Below, piece after piece: positions 61,740-64,000 of a stretch of 64,000 nt of DNA; the stretch's first letter is position 1, and every line of letters starts with the position of its first letter. Source of the DNA: Octopus bimaculoides (lineage: Eukaryota); the NCBI RefSeq assembly GCF_001194135.2, contig NC_068985.1, forward strand, positions 26,244,386 through 26,308,385, written 5' to 3'. Made by a program: the position numbers and the translations under genes. The notes beneath the pieces are model-generated. The model had not been told where the DNA came from. It saw only the letters and a list, made by a program, of their open reading frames with translations, and did not search any database.

Positions 61740-62070
61740 GGGTCATCATTGTGCAATATAGACTTCTTGCAGGCAGTTTTCTGGCTAACTTGAAGTTCTT
61801 TTTCCAGTTCTCAAGTAGTTTTATGTGGATCTTTCCCAATAACAATGTTTAATTGACTGTCATCAATGACAGATGGACATCTATTACGTTCACGATCTTC
61901 AAGGTTCAGGTCTCCACTGTGAAATTGTTTAAACCATTTTCAAGCTGACCACTCACTGGTCATTTCCTCACCAAACGTTTCATTGATATCACCAGCAGTT
62001 TCAGCTGCTTTACATCCTTTTTTTTTTAAGCTGAATTGCAAAATTGCTTGAATATTGTGCTTTGACAGTT
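61740..62070 (-). pseudogene. Third mariner lineage, transposase N-terminal remnant
   Basis: IQAILQFSLKKKGCKAAETAGDINETFGE...KWFKQFHSGDLNLEDRER (cf. Hsmar1-type GRKAAETTRNINNAFG). Confidence 0.7.
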
Positions 62071-64000
62071 CCGTTTCAGATGATTGTAACAACGGTGAAA
62101 GAAATATCAATGTTAATTTATTGATACATTTGGGCAAGTCTGTGTCTGTATTATCAGACAATTGTAAAAAATGTTTTAGAAAATTTCAAAACTCTGCAAA
62201 AATCAAGTACAAATTCTTCATGGTTCAAAACATTGCTTACTTTTTACTTAACCTGATAGTTAACTACACAAACATGCATCAGATTCTGCCAGGCTGATTC
62301 AATCCAGTTAGGGACACCACACATATCTAAATCTTATGGTGTTGGAGTTACCCAACCATTTTTTTTTTTTTTTGTATATGACACAATAAAATATATAGGT
62401 TTCTTTTAACCCGTGACAATGCATAGAAATCTTATATCTTCAGAGAGGAGAGGATGAGAAATTTTTTGATTCATGTTTTGGATCTTTCTGAATTGACGGG
62501 CACCACTTGTTTTCTTAACAAAACACTTTCAAACTTGGGATACCGGTAGAATGTGTCATATAAAACATCTTTTTCTCTTAGCTTTCTTAACAAAAATTTC
62601 TACATCGCAAGTTATTTCATGTTAAAGTTGTCGTATTTCTGTACTTTCAACCAAACAGCTGCAGATGGTTGATTTGATAGGATATTTGGCAAAAAGCTGT
62701 AGGTTTGCCACTTCATATCCTGTCATTGAAGTCAGTGAACCATACAGTTAGCTATGGGCAATTAAATAAATTTTAAACAGCTGTAAGCAAATACCACATA
62801 ATAAAATGCTTCCTGTTTTAAGCCATAGCAGAATTACAAAGCTAGAAAATATTTTATGAATCACAGCATTGAGTTTAGCTCATTGCAATGCTGGGAACTT
62901 GAAGCACTCATAATATGGCCCTGCTTTCGATGTGAGCACTACCACTCCTAAGTGAAGTCAGAAACTAATGAATCTCATGAACAATATTTGTGCAAGTTAA
63001 TTAAAAATGTTTCTGCAGGAATTGAAATCATGTCAGGAACTCGGGCCTTTAGCAATGCACCTCTTACTCTGTGACATTTCAGTTTATTATAATGGCAACC
63101 TTGATAATACTTTTAATCCTATAAATAGTTCTTTTATAGTCAGTCAGCTGAACATTTAGAATATACTATATTTCAAGTGGTTAATTGTGTTTTATTCTGA
63201 AAAAGAAAATAACTTGTCTCACACCCATCCTGTACAAATAGTACACAAAAATAAAATGGAGGCATGTGGATATGATATAAAAACAATTATTTTGTCACCT
63301 GATTTTATTTGCCACATTGTCAGAAGGCAAGCAAGAACAAAGAAATATTTTGATTGCAATTTTTTTTTTTTTTACTGTTTAATATCATAAAATTAGGTTA
63401 AGCTGAATTATCATCTTTTAAAATTTATTGCTATAAAAACAAATTATTACAAAAGGTCCTACACTGAAAAAAATTGGTTCAATTCAAGGAAGATGTTTAG
63501 ATATAGCAGAGGTTTGTTGTTGTTATTGTTTAGGGGTCAACTTTGATCAAGGGGATATATTGTCAAAGTCATTCCTAACATAACCCTCCAGTCTTTTTCT
63601 CAATTATAGAACAACAATCAGGACACATTACCCAATGTATGTGTTTTATTCTAGGTTGGTGGAATGAGATTTGAGGAAAATTTAGCTGCTATTTTAGGCA
63701 GACTGAGCAGCCATGCAGTAGCCTGCTCATTGATTCCTTAGTAGGAGGTATTGTGGCGGTATGTAGAATGTAACCTGTATGTGGAACGTGACAGAAGAAA
63801 ACAATGGGGCATTATTATCAAAAGGCTTAATTTAATGGGTGAGAATGGCAACAGTTAGTTTAATGATGGACATTAGAAAAAAAAAAAACTAACTTTTTTG
63901 ACCCCAAACTAATAGGCTGGAGTATAGGAGAAAGATCCAGCAACATAAACTACATGCATTCATACACACACACACACACGTGTGTATGTGTGTGTGTGTA

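Noticed and set aside
62864-62893. Small hairpin cagcattg...caatgctg
   Set aside because: Too short for a pre-miRNA, with no other ncRNA motifs.
1-64000. CRISPR arrays, rRNA, snoRNAs, U12-type introns, prokaryote-type operons
   Set aside because: I found no regularly spaced repeat-spacer arrays, no rRNA similarity and no convincing C/D box pair. All reconstructed introns have U2-type GT-AG donors.

Overview
AT-rich, repeat-dense eukaryotic genomic DNA with three assembly gaps (49275-49568, 52546-52872, 56423-56432). The repeat families ((GAT)n-tailed RTE-type repeats, tRNA-derived SINEs) and the gene content point to a coleoid cephalopod, probably Octopus (inference). I rebuilt four spliced genes by hand with GT-AG sites and consistent exon phases. 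(1) The last two coding exons of an unidentified + strand gene (403-570, 3906-3990). (2) C9orf78/TLS1 on + (9 exons, 11980-23826, 295 aa). (3) HIKESHI on - (4 exons, 38788-26349, 192 aa). (4) INTS12 on + (6 coding exons, 42475-56132, 390 aa), head-to-head with HIKESHI across a compact palindromic ETS/CCAAT promoter. The rest is mostly transposon-derived: several mariner lineages, CR1/L2 and RTE remnants, a Helitron remnant, SINEs and MITEs. Most ORFs in the supplied track are repeat-derived or splice read-through artefacts. I see no new enzymatic multi-gene system, CRISPR array, rRNA or true tRNA. The most unusual items are: a 233-bp Mutator-like MITE (80-bp TIRs, 9-bp TSD) enclosing telomeric repeats and a G-quadruplex tract; a 103-bp apparent target-site duplication around an RTE-type insertion; several splice-site oddities (triple NAG acceptor, duplicated acceptor, candidate poison exon); and degenerate hammerhead-like motifs in Penelope-like repeats. 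Repeat boundaries are approximate unless a TSD or TIR is quoted.
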